Assembly: GCA_050290185.1 (NCBI GenBank)
Contig: JBNKHE010000009.1
Coordinates: 32,001-96,000, forward strand
DNA: 64,000 nucleotides
Direction: 5' to 3'
DNA from: Pontiella sp.
GTDB taxonomy: Bacteria; Verrucomicrobiota; Kiritimatiellia; Kiritimatiellales; Pontiellaceae
The translations under genes were made by a program, and so were the position numbers. This document shows positions 36,930 to 47,100 of this stretch, in pieces. The notes beneath the pieces were generated by a model. It did not search any database and was not told the DNA's origin. It worked only from the letters and a program-made list of their open reading frames with translations. Each line of letters starts with the position of its first letter. Position 1 is the first letter of the stretch.

Positions 36930-37760
36930 TTAATGGGTGGTGTTGCTTCCCAACATCATGATAGCGGCGACGAGGACCAGTACGACCACGATGGCGCGCA
37001 GGAACAGCTCCGGCATTTTCACGGAAAGTTTACTCCCATAATAGACCCCGGACAGCGATCCCACCGCCATGATGATGGCGGTGGTGTAATCCTGTGCCCC
37101 GCGGGTCCCATAGATCAGCGCGGTAATCATGGTAAGGATGAAGGCGATGAATATAGCCGTGCCGACCGTGCGCGAGGTAGCCAGATCGAAAAGGATGATC
37201 AGGAGAGGCACAATCAGCACGCCGCCGCCAATGGAGGTGGCGCCAATAAGTCCGCCGCAAATGGCGCCCAGCAGGATGCACAGTTCGATGCGAACCACCT
37301 TTTTTTCCTGGATGTGTTCGGCAAGTTCTCGTTCCTTTTCGACCACTTTCGGCCGGGCCCGGGTAATCATGTTGAACACCATCATGAACACAGAGAAGAA
37401 GACGACACCGACGATGAAGCGCATCAGGACGCGTTTGAAATGGAGATCCTCTCCCTGGCTGCTGACCCATATCGCCGTGATGATATTGGCCGGTACAGCC
37501 CCTATGAGAAAACGTGTGGAGATGCTCCAGTCGATGGTTTTCAGTTTGCAGTGATGTATTGTGGCCGTGATCTTGGTCAGGAACGCGTACAGTGTGGTGG
37601 TTCCGACTGCGGTGATCGGATCAATGCGCAGGATCAGGGTCAGCGCCGGCAGGACCAGTACACCTCCCCCGACGCCGGTCAGCCCGATGCAAAACCCGAT
37701 GACCGTGCCGAGCATAAGACGCAGGACTATTTCCGTTATGGATAGGTCGAAGATTTCCAT
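36930..37760 (-). CDS. TauE/SafE family (sulfite exporter) membrane protein
   Basis: Two G..GVGGG / IGGG..IVP repeats, AVGT, multiple TM helices. Confidence 0.88.
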   Translation of the reverse strand: MEIFDLSITEIVLRLMLGTVIGFCIGLTGVGGGVLVLPALTLILRIDPITAVGTTTLYAFLTKITATIHHCKLKTIDWSISTRFLIGAVPANIITAIWVSSQGEDLHFKRVLMRFIVGVVFFSVFMMVFNMITRARPKVVEKERELAEHIQEKKVVRIELCILLGAICGGLIGATSIGGGVLIVPLLIILFDLATSRTVGTAIFIAFILTMITALIYGTRGAQDYTTAIIMAVGSLSGVYYGSKLSVKMPELFLRAIVVVLVLVAAIMMLGSNTTH

Positions 37761-37814
37761 TTATTCATCCCAAAAGGAAAGGAGAGTAGCGGTCAAACGG
37801 AGGCTGTGCCAATC

Positions 37815-38999
37815 CTATTGTGATGCCAGTCGAGCGATGTTGAGCAGGACTGTGCAGACCGTCAGGTATTCCCTGATATCCACGTATTCCTCCAACTGGT
37901 GGAACTTGTGCGAGCCTGTTCCGAGGGTGACGGTTGGCAGCCCTTTTTCGTTGAAGTTATTGGCGTCGAGCCCGGCATCCATCACCAGCGGGTTGGGTTT
38001 CAGTCCCGCGCCTTCGACGGCTTTTCCGGCGATCTTTACGCAGGTTTCCGATTTGTTCAATCGGAACGCATTGTAGTCGCTGACGGTGGAGAATTTGACC
38101 GAGCCAGATTTGCCGGCATCGTTGATCACCGACTTGGCAGCCCACTCAAAACTGGTTTTATGGATCCTGATGATCTGCTTCAGAAACGCAGGGCTGTGGC
38201 TGCGGCATTCGCCGGTCATCATGACCCGATCCATGACCTGGTTGTTGGCTTCGCCTCCGTGCATGGTGCCTAGGTTGGATGTGCCCTTGCGATTGCCTTT
38301 CTGGATACGGCCGAAATATCCTTGTTCGGAAATGCGGGCCAACGCCTTTGAGGCAATCAAACCGGCGGAAATTCCTTTTTCCGGCTCCAATCCCGCATGG
38401 ACGGATAGGCCTTTTATTTCGGCCTGCCAGCGCACGGCGCTCATTGCACCGATCACCAGTTCGTTGGGGAATTGTCCGTCGAGATTGAAGCCCATCACGG
38501 GATTGCCGAGATCCTTGAAACGCACCATGCGCGAGCCATGCAGACCATTTTCTTCGGCGATTGGAAAAAGCAAGGTGATCGGCGGGTGGGGGATTTTGTT
38601 TTTCAGGAGGGTTTCAACCATGGTGACGATCGCCGCGCAGCCGGAGCGGTCGTCGCCGCCGAGGCCGGTCTTCCCTTTTGGTACCACGCGGTTGCCCTTC
38701 ACGACCGGAACTGCTCCTTTGCAAAGCGGCACTGTGTCCATGTGCGCCGAAAACATAATGCGCGGTGCCGTCTTGACCGTTCCCGGCAGTTGGACGATCA
38801 GGTTGCCCGTTTCATAGCCTTCGCCCAAACGCGCTTGCGCATCGTCGGTCTTGATCCACGCCTTTTTGCAGCCGGCGGCAACGAGTTTTTGCGTGATGGC
38901 TTCGGCGACTTTTGATTCCCGTCCGGTCGGGCCTTCTACGGAAAGCAGATCAAGCAAGTGGGTAAGTGCGCGGTCTTTGTTAACCAGTGATGATTTCAT
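37815..38999 (-). CDS. M20 family peptidase (PepT-like)
   Basis: AHMDTV, GGDD, AEE.G, HAG..PE.G and a C-terminal H...E motif. Confidence 0.88.
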   Translation of the reverse strand: MKSSLVNKDRALTHLLDLLSVEGPTGRESKVAEAITQKLVAAGCKKAWIKTDDAQARLGEGYETGNLIVQLPGTVKTAPRIMFSAHMDTVPLCKGAVPVVKGNRVVPKGKTGLGGDDRSGCAAIVTMVETLLKNKIPHPPITLLFPIAEENGLHGSRMVRFKDLGNPVMGFNLDGQFPNELVIGAMSAVRWQAEIKGLSVHAGLEPEKGISAGLIASKALARISEQGYFGRIQKGNRKGTSNLGTMHGGEANNQVMDRVMMTGECRSHSPAFLKQIIRIHKTSFEWAAKSVINDAGKSGSVKFSTVSDYNAFRLNKSETCVKIAGKAVEGAGLKPNPLVMDAGLDANNFNEKGLPTVTLGTGSHKFHQLEEYVDIREYLTVCTVLLNIARLASQ

Positions 39000-39274
39000 A
39001 AACGAGTTCTTTCGGTTCGTTGGGTTCTCCCGATGCTTCGAAGGCGTGAACTCTTTTGGGTGAAAGTGTCATGCCATCGTATTGCTTCTCAATAATCCAC
39101 GGGGAATGCATGCTAACGAGGATACGCATTGTGCCGGAGGAATGGCAACGTCAATTCGCCGCTTACAAGCTTGTGGAACCTTAAATTCCAGCCCGCCTCC
39201 GGTCGGGAGCTGCTGAGCGGGTAGCGCCGTGTGTTGAGTTTCTGATCCGGTGCATAAGAAGTGTTTGTCGACCA

Positions 39275-39290
39275 TGGCATTCAAAATGCT
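39275..39290 (+). promoter_or_regulatory. Candidate sigma-54 (-24/-12) promoter upstream of hybrid kinase 1
   Basis: TGGCATTCAAAATGCT has exact GG-N10-GC spacing and lies about 93 bp upstream of ATG 39383. Confidence 0.35.
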
Positions 39291-39382
39291 CTTATGTACA
39301 TTTACGGATCTGATGCGAGTGAGTTCAGGCCGGAGACGCGGACTGCATTTAGCGGGAGCTGGCTTTAGTGTGAAGGAGATCT

Positions 39383-42300
39383 ATGGGCGATAAGGATCAA
39401 TTTTCAGCCGAGCTGCAAGAGCTGCGCGAGCGCGCCGAATGGCGGTTAACGCCAAACGGCAAGCGGGATATCGAGCGGATGTCGATCGAGGATATCGCGA
39501 AAGTCCTTCATGAACTGGAAACGCGCCAGATTGAACTGGCGCTGCAGAATAAAGAATTGCAGCGGACCCATGGCCAGCTAATTGAGACGAGCGATCAGTA
39601 CACCCATCTCCCCGAGCAAAAGCAGGCGGAGAAGGCGCTGCGGGAGAGCAAGTCCTTCCTTCGTGGCTTGATCAACGCGATCCCCGACCCGGTTTTGTTG
39701 AAAGATCCGGAGGGGGTCTTTCTGGCCTGCAATTCGGCGTTCGCGCACCTGTATGGTGTAAAAGAAACAGAGGTTTGCGGTAAGACCGATTACGATTTTG
39801 TTGACAAGGACGCGGCGGACTTTTTCCGCGCCAACGACCGTAAGGCCATTGCGGTCGGTGCCAGCATAAACGAAGAGCACCTGATCTTTACAGATGGCAG
39901 CTACGAGGGCGACTATGAAGTCCTCAAGTCCCCGATGCGGGATCTGGAAGGTAATCTCATTGGGGTGCTGGGCATCGCCCGCGACATCACCGACCGCAAG
40001 CGTGCGGAAGCGATGGCCCAGGAGAGCGAGAGCCGCTTGCGGGAAGCTCAGAGGATGGCACAACTGGGAAGCTGGAAATGGGATATCAAGACCGGTGATG
40101 TCGAATGGTCCGATGAATTATTCAACATCTTCCATCTCGACCCTAAAGAGTTTACCCCGAAAATCGATTCCATCCTGGCGTTGTCTCCCTGGCCCGAAGA
40201 TCATGAGCGTAACAATGAGTTGATCAAACGCGCGACGGAAAACCATGAACAGGGGTCATACGAACAGAGGTTCCTTCTTCCGGATAAGAGCATTGGTTAT
40301 TACTTCTCAACATTCCGGGGAATCTATGACGACGACGGGGCTCTCGTTTCCATGATTGGAACCGCACAGGACATCACCGAGCGCAAGCGGGCGGAACAGG
40401 CGCTGCGGGAGAGCGAGGAAAGGTATCGGGAGCTTTTCGAAAGCTCCCGCGATGCCATCATGACCATTGCGCCCCCTTCCTGGAAGTTCACGTCAGCAAA
40501 TGCTTCCGCCGTGAAGATGTTCAGGGCTCAGAATGAGGCGGATCTTATGACCTATGGGCCGTTGGAATTATCGCCCGAAAAGCAGCCGGACGGGCGCGCG
40601 TCCAGCGATATGGCCCCGGGAATTCTCGAAACAGCCATGCGCGAAGGTTCCGTCTTTTTCGAGTGGAACCAACGACGCATCGACGGCGAAGAATTTTCCG
40701 CCACCGTGCTTCTCAGCAGGGTGGGTTCCGGAGAAGGGGCGTTCCTTCAGGCAACCGTCCGCGACGTCACCGAGCGCAAGCAGGCGGAGGCTGCGGTTGC
40801 CCAGGAACAGAAACGGCTCAAGTTTATTTTCGAGGCCCTGCCCGTTGGCATATGCTTGAATCGGATCCATGGCGATGGGAGCGTATTCCACTTGATCAAT
40901 GAGGCCCACCTGCAGATTGCCGGCATCCGGCGCGAAGAGGACGAGCCGGAGATCTGGAGGCAGATCACTCATCCCGACGACCGCGACCAGCGGCAGTTTT
41001 TTTTAAAGCAGATGGACGAGGGGGAAATAAGTTCTTTCTCGATGGATAAGCGCTATGTCCATCCGGATGGACGGAATATATGGGTCGAGTTTACTGCACA
41101 GCGGCGAAAACTGGACAACGGAGGCTACGAGGATTTATGTACTGTGGTGGACATCACCGAGCGCAAGCGTGCTGAGGCGCTGGTACGGGCGAGCGAGAGC
41201 CGGCTGCGGGATGCTCAGAGGATTAGTCACCTAGGCGATTGGGAACTCGACCTCGAGACCGCAATGTTTACCTTTTCGGAGGAGATGAACCGTCTCTGCG
41301 AGCGCGATCCCATGGCCGGACCGTGCCCGCTTGCGGAAGCCATGGAGCTGTTTTTCGAGCAGGATGCCGTTGCCGCGCGCCAGTATATGCAGCGTGCGGT
41401 CGAAACGGGGGAAGGCTGGGAGCATGAACACCGCGCTTGCCTGCCCAGTGGTAGAGAAGCCTGGTTCCGTGGCACCGGCAAGGCCGTCAAAGACAACTCG
41501 GGCAAGGTGGTCAGGCTTCAGGGTACCTCGCAGGACATCACCGAGCGCAAGGAAGCGGAGGCGGAACGGCAGCGACTGGAAAGGCAGTTGCGCGAGGGGC
41601 AGCGGCTGGCCTCGATCGGTGTGCTGGCCGGCGGGATCGGGCACGAATTCAACAATATCCTGCAAACCATTACGGGCTATTGCGAGATTATGCTCATGGA
41701 AATAGAGGCCCAATCCACTCATCGCCAGACTATCCTCGAAATCGAGGCGGCGGCCAGCCATGCCGGGGAACTGACCCGGGAGTTGCTGGCCTTCAGCCGG
41801 CAAGGGTCGTTGGAGTGCGAGGTGGTGGATCTCAGTGGGGTACTCCGCGACGGCGAATCCCTGCTGCTGCAGGCGCTGGATGAAACCACCCACCTGAAAC
41901 TGGAGCTGGATCCTCAGCTGAAGCCGGTTTTTGCTGACGCCGCTCATATCCGGGAGGTGGTCATGAATCTGGTCGCCAATGCCCGCGATGCCATGTCGGA
42001 CGGAGGGACCGTGACCCTTTCCACGATGAACCGGACGATCACCGAAGAGGATCTTCCCGGACTGTCCAACGCCAAGGCGGGCTCGTTTGCTTGCTTCTCC
42101 GTGGCGGATACCGGTTGCGGGATGAACAGAGAACAGTTGGCGCATATGTTTGATCCGTTTTACACCACCAAGCCGGTGGGCAAGGGATCCGGGCTGGGGC
42201 TCGCCACCGTCTATGGTATTGTGCAGGAACACAACGGATGGGTGTCGGTCGCCAGCGAGCCCGGCCAGGGATCTGTATTCACGGTCTTCCTGCCGGTCCT

Positions 42301-42703
42301 AAGCGGGGACATCGGGGATGGCCTTCCAGAGGCCAAGGGCCTGACCCAGCGGAAAATCCTGCTGGTGACGGCCGACGTTATGACCGGCGAGATTCTTCAG
42401 GGGCTGGGATATGCGGTGACCCTGGTTGAAACCGCTCAGGCAGCCGAAGACGTCTTTGCCCGGAAGAACGGGGCGTTCGATCTGCTCTTTATGGATGTGA
42501 TGCTGCCCGACGGCAACGGGATTGATCTGGCCGACGCCTTGCTCGAACGAAGCCCTGGATTACCGGTACTGCTCTTCTGTGATTGTACCGATAAAGCAGT
42601 CAACAACGGGCGGATCACCACAAGTGGGTATCGCTACATAAAAAAGCCGTTCAGCCTGAATCATCTCATGGATGCTTTCGAGCAAGGCTTCAAGGCAGGA
42701 TAA
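39383..42703 (+). CDS. Cytoplasmic multi-PAS hybrid sensor histidine kinase (five PAS/PAC modules, HisKA, HATPase, receiver)
   Basis: Five DITERK-type junctions, GIGHEFNN H-box, NARDA, DTGCG, FYTTK..GKGSGLGL and a receiver with MDVMLP...KPF. Confidence 0.92.
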   Translation: MGDKDQFSAELQELRERAEWRLTPNGKRDIERMSIEDIAKVLHELETRQIELALQNKELQRTHGQLIETSDQYTHLPEQKQAEKALRESKSFLRGLINAIPDPVLLKDPEGVFLACNSAFAHLYGVKETEVCGKTDYDFVDKDAADFFRANDRKAIAVGASINEEHLIFTDGSYEGDYEVLKSPMRDLEGNLIGVLGIARDITDRKRAEAMAQESESRLREAQRMAQLGSWKWDIKTGDVEWSDELFNIFHLDPKEFTPKIDSILALSPWPEDHERNNELIKRATENHEQGSYEQRFLLPDKSIGYYFSTFRGIYDDDGALVSMIGTAQDITERKRAEQALRESEERYRELFESSRDAIMTIAPPSWKFTSANASAVKMFRAQNEADLMTYGPLELSPEKQPDGRASSDMAPGILETAMREGSVFFEWNQRRIDGEEFSATVLLSRVGSGEGAFLQATVRDVTERKQAEAAVAQEQKRLKFIFEALPVGICLNRIHGDGSVFHLINEAHLQIAGIRREEDEPEIWRQITHPDDRDQRQFFLKQMDEGEISSFSMDKRYVHPDGRNIWVEFTAQRRKLDNGGYEDLCTVVDITERKRAEALVRASESRLRDAQRISHLGDWELDLETAMFTFSEEMNRLCERDPMAGPCPLAEAMELFFEQDAVAARQYMQRAVETGEGWEHEHRACLPSGREAWFRGTGKAVKDNSGKVVRLQGTSQDITERKEAEAERQRLERQLREGQRLASIGVLAGGIGHEFNNILQTITGYCEIMLMEIEAQSTHRQTILEIEAAASHAGELTRELLAFSRQGSLECEVVDLSGVLRDGESLLLQALDETTHLKLELDPQLKPVFADAAHIREVVMNLVANARDAMSDGGTVTLSTMNRTITEEDLPGLSNAKAGSFACFSVADTGCGMNREQLAHMFDPFYTTKPVGKGSGLGLATVYGIVQEHNGWVSVASEPGQGSVFTVFLPVLSGDIGDGLPEAKGLTQRKILLVTADVMTGEILQGLGYAVTLVETAQAAEDVFARKNGAFDLLFMDVMLPDGNGIDLADALLERSPGLPVLLFCDCTDKAVNNGRITTSGYRYIKKPFSLNHLMDAFEQGFKAG

Positions 42704-42752
42704 AACGAACTATTGAACGGTTAGAGCCACGGATGTTCTGTCAGAGCATGGA

Positions 42753-44048
42753 TTAAGTCGAAGCCGCTATGGTTTCCAAAACGAGCGGCGGTGCTTCTAC
42801 GGGCTGATCCACGATTTTAAAAGCGGTTTTCATTGCGTGCAACAGCTCGGTTTCATTTTCATGGCCGTTCGAGTGGATAAGGCAGAGCGGTTCTCCTGCT
42901 TCGACGGATTCGCCGATCTTTTTCAGGTCCGACAGGCCGACTGCGGGATCGATGGAATCGGTGATTTGAGCGCGTCCGGCGCCGAGCAGCAGGCAGGCAC
43001 GGCCGATGACCTCGGCGTCGGCCTTGGAGATAAAACCGGATTTCGGGGCGGGCAGGGGAGTTTGTTTTTCTGCCGGCGGGAGGTCGGTATCGGAATCGCC
43101 GCCATGGCAGGTGACCATTTGTTTGAATTTCTCCAATGCCGTTCCGTCTTCCAGATGTGTGGTTGGATCCGTGATCCCTCCTTCGAGGTCATGGACCTCG
43201 GCGACACCTAGCATCCGTTTTGCGAGTTCGATGGTGAGTCCCTGTGAATCGGCGGGTCCGTTACCTTTGAGAATATCCAGCGATTCGCGCACTTCGAGCG
43301 CGTTGCCGACGGCTCGTCCGAGCGGCTGGTTCATGTCGGTAATGAGTGCCACGACTTTTTTGCCCATGGCCGTGCCGGTGTCTATCAGCGCTCGGGCCAG
43401 TTTGCGCGCGTCGTTGATATTCTTCATGAAGGCGCCGGATCCGCATTTGACGTCGAGCACGAGCGCGTCGATGCCTTCGGCCAGCTTTTTTGACATGATG
43501 CTGGAGACGATCAGCGGGATGGAGGGGACGGTGGCGGTGACGTCGCGCAGGGCGTAGAGCTTTTTATCGGCGGGGGCGATTTCGGCGGTTTGGCCGATCA
43601 TGGAACAACCACAGGTTTCCAATGTTTTAAAAAATTCGGATTCGGAGAGTCCGGTGCGGTAGCCGGGGATTGCTTCAAGCTTGTCGAGCGTGCCGCCGGT
43701 GATGCCAAGGCCGCGGCCGGAAATCATCGGAACAACAGCGCCGCAGGCGGCGACGAGCGGGGCCAGAGGGATGGATATCTTGTCGCCGATACCGCCGGTG
43801 GAATGTTTGTCGACCTTGGCACCCGGAATGCTACTAGGATTAATGACTTTGCCGGATTCCATCATAGCCAGGGTGAGATCGGCGGTTTCACGGGCGGTCA
43901 TGCCCTTGAAATAGATGGCCATGGCAAGGGCCGCCATCTGGTAGTCGGGAATGGCCCCGGTGGTATAGCCGGCGATAAAGGCGCGGATTTCTTCGGGGGC
44001 AAGTTCAGCGCCGTCGCGTTTTTTCTCGATGATCCATTGGGGAAGCAT
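42753..44048 (-). CDS. pdp: Pyrimidine-nucleoside/thymidine phosphorylase
   Basis: DKHSTGG.GDK, SGRGLG.TGGTLDKLE, YALRDVT and SIMSKK. Confidence 0.95.
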   Translation of the reverse strand: MLPQWIIEKKRDGAELAPEEIRAFIAGYTTGAIPDYQMAALAMAIYFKGMTARETADLTLAMMESGKVINPSSIPGAKVDKHSTGGIGDKISIPLAPLVAACGAVVPMISGRGLGITGGTLDKLEAIPGYRTGLSESEFFKTLETCGCSMIGQTAEIAPADKKLYALRDVTATVPSIPLIVSSIMSKKLAEGIDALVLDVKCGSGAFMKNINDARKLARALIDTGTAMGKKVVALITDMNQPLGRAVGNALEVRESLDILKGNGPADSQGLTIELAKRMLGVAEVHDLEGGITDPTTHLEDGTALEKFKQMVTCHGGDSDTDLPPAEKQTPLPAPKSGFISKADAEVIGRACLLLGAGRAQITDSIDPAVGLSDLKKIGESVEAGEPLCLIHSNGHENETELLHAMKTAFKIVDQPVEAPPLVLETIAAST

Positions 44049-44176
44049 GGCGGCAAGATACGCGGGACGACGGATTTATGGCAATGTCAAAAGCCAATGT
44101 TGAATTTTGGACGGGTTCCTGATATATCTGTGTCGTTTATGTCGGGATCGGAAAAACATACGCAGGTTTTTGCTTT

Positions 44177-47100
44177 ATGAAGAAAATGTCGTTCAGGCTC
44201 TTTGGTCTTCCGGCCGCGGGAACCCTTGCCCTAGGGTATCTGATCATAGGTATAATCTGGATTTCCTGGTCCGACAAGGCTCTCCGCGGTTTGGTGCCCG
44301 ATCCCTATCTGCAGGATGTTTTCCAGACGTATAAGGGGTGGTTCTATGTTTTTGCCACAGCTCTGCTTCTCTATGTTGCCTTGAAGCGTGTTTTTGGTCG
44401 TGTTCGTAAGGCCCAGGAGCAAAAGGCGGAGAGCGAAGAGCGTTTCCGCATACTGTTTGAACAAGCTGAAGACGGGATAATGTTGATCGGACTTAATGCC
44501 TGTATCATCGACTGCAATCCGGCCATCTGCCGGATATTCGGAGTCGCTTCCAAAGCGGATGTGATCGGCCGTTCCGTATTGGATTTTTCTCCTGAGCGAC
44601 AGAAAGGTGGTCGCCTTTCGGTGGATATTGTTGCGGAACTGACCGACGCGTTTGGGGCGGGGAAGCCGCAGCGGTTCTATTGGCAGCATGTTCAACCTTC
44701 CGGAGCCGCGGTTGATGTAGAGGTATCTGTTAGCGTGATGAAGATGGGCGGGGGAACCCAGCTTCAAGCCATTGTCAGGGATATTACCGAACTTACGCAG
44801 GCTCAGGATGAGGTGGCCCGGGAACGGCATAGGCTTAAGTTCATTTTCGACTCTTTGCCTATCGGCATCTGTTTGAACCGGATGCATCCCGACGGGAGGG
44901 AAACCCGCCTGATCAACGATGCCCACCTGCGCATGGCCGGTATTCACCGCGAGCAGGACGAGCCAACGACCTGGTTCAATATCAGCCATCCCGACGACCG
45001 CAGTCGGCATCGGGCTCTTACCGAACAGATCGAAAAGGGGGAGATCAACCGGTTCACGATGGATAAACGCTATGTCCGGACGGACGGACAAATTGTTTGG
45101 GTCATGTTTTGCCTGCAACGGCGGAAAATGGATGATGGCGGTTTCGAGGATTTGACCGCCGTAGTGGACATTACCGAGCGTAAGCATACGGAAAAATTAT
45201 TGTTCAGGCGGGAGCAGGAGTTCCGCGCCCTGGTGGAAAACTCGCAGTATCTTATTGCCCGCTATAATCGAGACTGCCAGCGCATTTACGTCAACCCCGC
45301 GTATTTGGAAATGGCCCAGATGCCCCGGGATCAATGGATTGGCACCGCTCCCGAATTCCGTTCGCCGCTGTCGCCGGCCGATGCGGCGGTGCTTCAGGGG
45401 ATATTACACCGGGTACTGGATGGCGGGGCTCCGGAATCCGTTGACCTTCCCGTAACGAAGGGGGATAACTCGAAGTGCTGGTACCATATTCATGTCGTTC
45501 CAGAGCATGGTCCGGAAGGCGGAGTGGAGAGTGCTCTGCTGACGGCCCACGACATTACCGAGCGCAAGCGGGCCGAAGAAAGGCTGATGGAGAGTGAGGC
45601 GCGCTTCCGCGGTCTGGTGACTCAGGCCGGAGATGCATTCTTCCTGCATGACCGCAAAGGTCGGATTCTAGACGTGAACCCGAACGCCTGCAGTAGTCTG
45701 GGCTACACGCGTGAAGAACTGCTCTCTATGACCGTGTCAGATATCGATGTGATGGTGGGGGTCAACCGGAGCAAGGAGCAGATCTGGGATGCGCTCCAAC
45801 CTGGGAAACCCGTCACGTTCGAGGGGCTGCATTGCCGCAAGGACGGTTCCACGTTTCCGGTCGAGGTGCGTCTGGGCATGCTGGAGTTGGGTAATGATAA
45901 GTGTCTGTTGGGATTGGCTCGCGATATCACGGACCGGAAGCAGGCGGAAGAATCTATACATAAGGCGGCCCTTCGACTTAACGAAGCGCAACGTATCGCC
46001 CATGTCGGCAATTGGGAGCTGGATCTGGCGAACAATGTTCTTACATGGTCCGACGAGATTTTCCGGATTTTCGAGATTGATTCAGACCGGTTTAGTGCTA
46101 CGTACGAAGCGTTTCTCAACGCCATACATCCGGATGACCGGGAGGCCGTAAGAATGGCCTACGAAAACTCGCTCCAAACCAAAGCTCCGTACTCGATTGA
46201 GCACCGCCTTTTATTCTCTGACGGGCGAATTAAATATGTATGTGAGCAGTGTGAAACGGTATATGAGGGAGATAAACCTATTCGTTCAATAGGAACCGTG
46301 CAGGACATTACAGAACGCAAGTTAACTGAGAAGGAAATAAAGCAGGTTCAGGAGGATCTGCAATATATCCTCAACAACACCCACGACGTCATTTTCCAGA
46401 TCGACCTGAAGGGGAACTACATCTTTAGCAACGTTGCCGCAGAGCATATGACCGGGTATCCATTGGAGCGATTGCTGGGCATGAACATGATGGAGTTGAT
46501 CGCGCCGGAGCACCAGCAGATGGTGGCGGGGCGCCTTCAGAAACGCATCGCCGGCGAACTGGATGAAACCACATACAGTTTCGAGATTATCCATAAGAGC
46601 GGGCGTCGCGTCTGGGTCGAGTTGGAAACCAAGGGGGTGTTCAGTGCGGAAGGAACGCTTCAGGCGATCCAAGGGGTTGCACGCGATGTTACCGAGCGAA
46701 AGCGCATGGAGGATGCGCTCGAAAAGCGGATTGTCGCCCTCACTCGGCCGTTTGACCAAGTGGACGACCTTGTGTTCGAGGACCTGTTCGATGTCGAGGA
46801 GATCCAGCGCATTCAGGACCAGTTTGCCGCAGCCACCAACGTGGCTTCGGGCATCATCCGCCCGGACGGGAGCCCCATTACGAAGCCTACCAATTTTACG
46901 CGCCTGTGCGGGGATGTCGTCCGCAAGACGGAGGCGGGTTGCGCAAACTGCCGAAAGTCCGATCTTTTCCTAGGCCGCTACCACCCCGAAGGTCCGGTTG
47001 TTCAGCCGTGTCTCAGCGGCGGTCTTTGGGATGCCGGCGTTAGTATTGTCGTGGGCGGAAAACATGTCGCCAGCTGGTTGATCGGCCAGGTCCGCGACGA

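Noticed and set aside
39000..39380. Structured ncRNA or small ORF (39069-39284) in the long divergent spacer
   Set aside because: No recognisable RNA family or coding signal; best explained as a divergent promoter region.
39970..46700. Regularly spaced 18-bp repeats as a CRISPR array
   Set aside because: Spacing is about 385 bp and the repeats are in-frame DITERK codons of PAS/PAC junctions; no cas genes are present.
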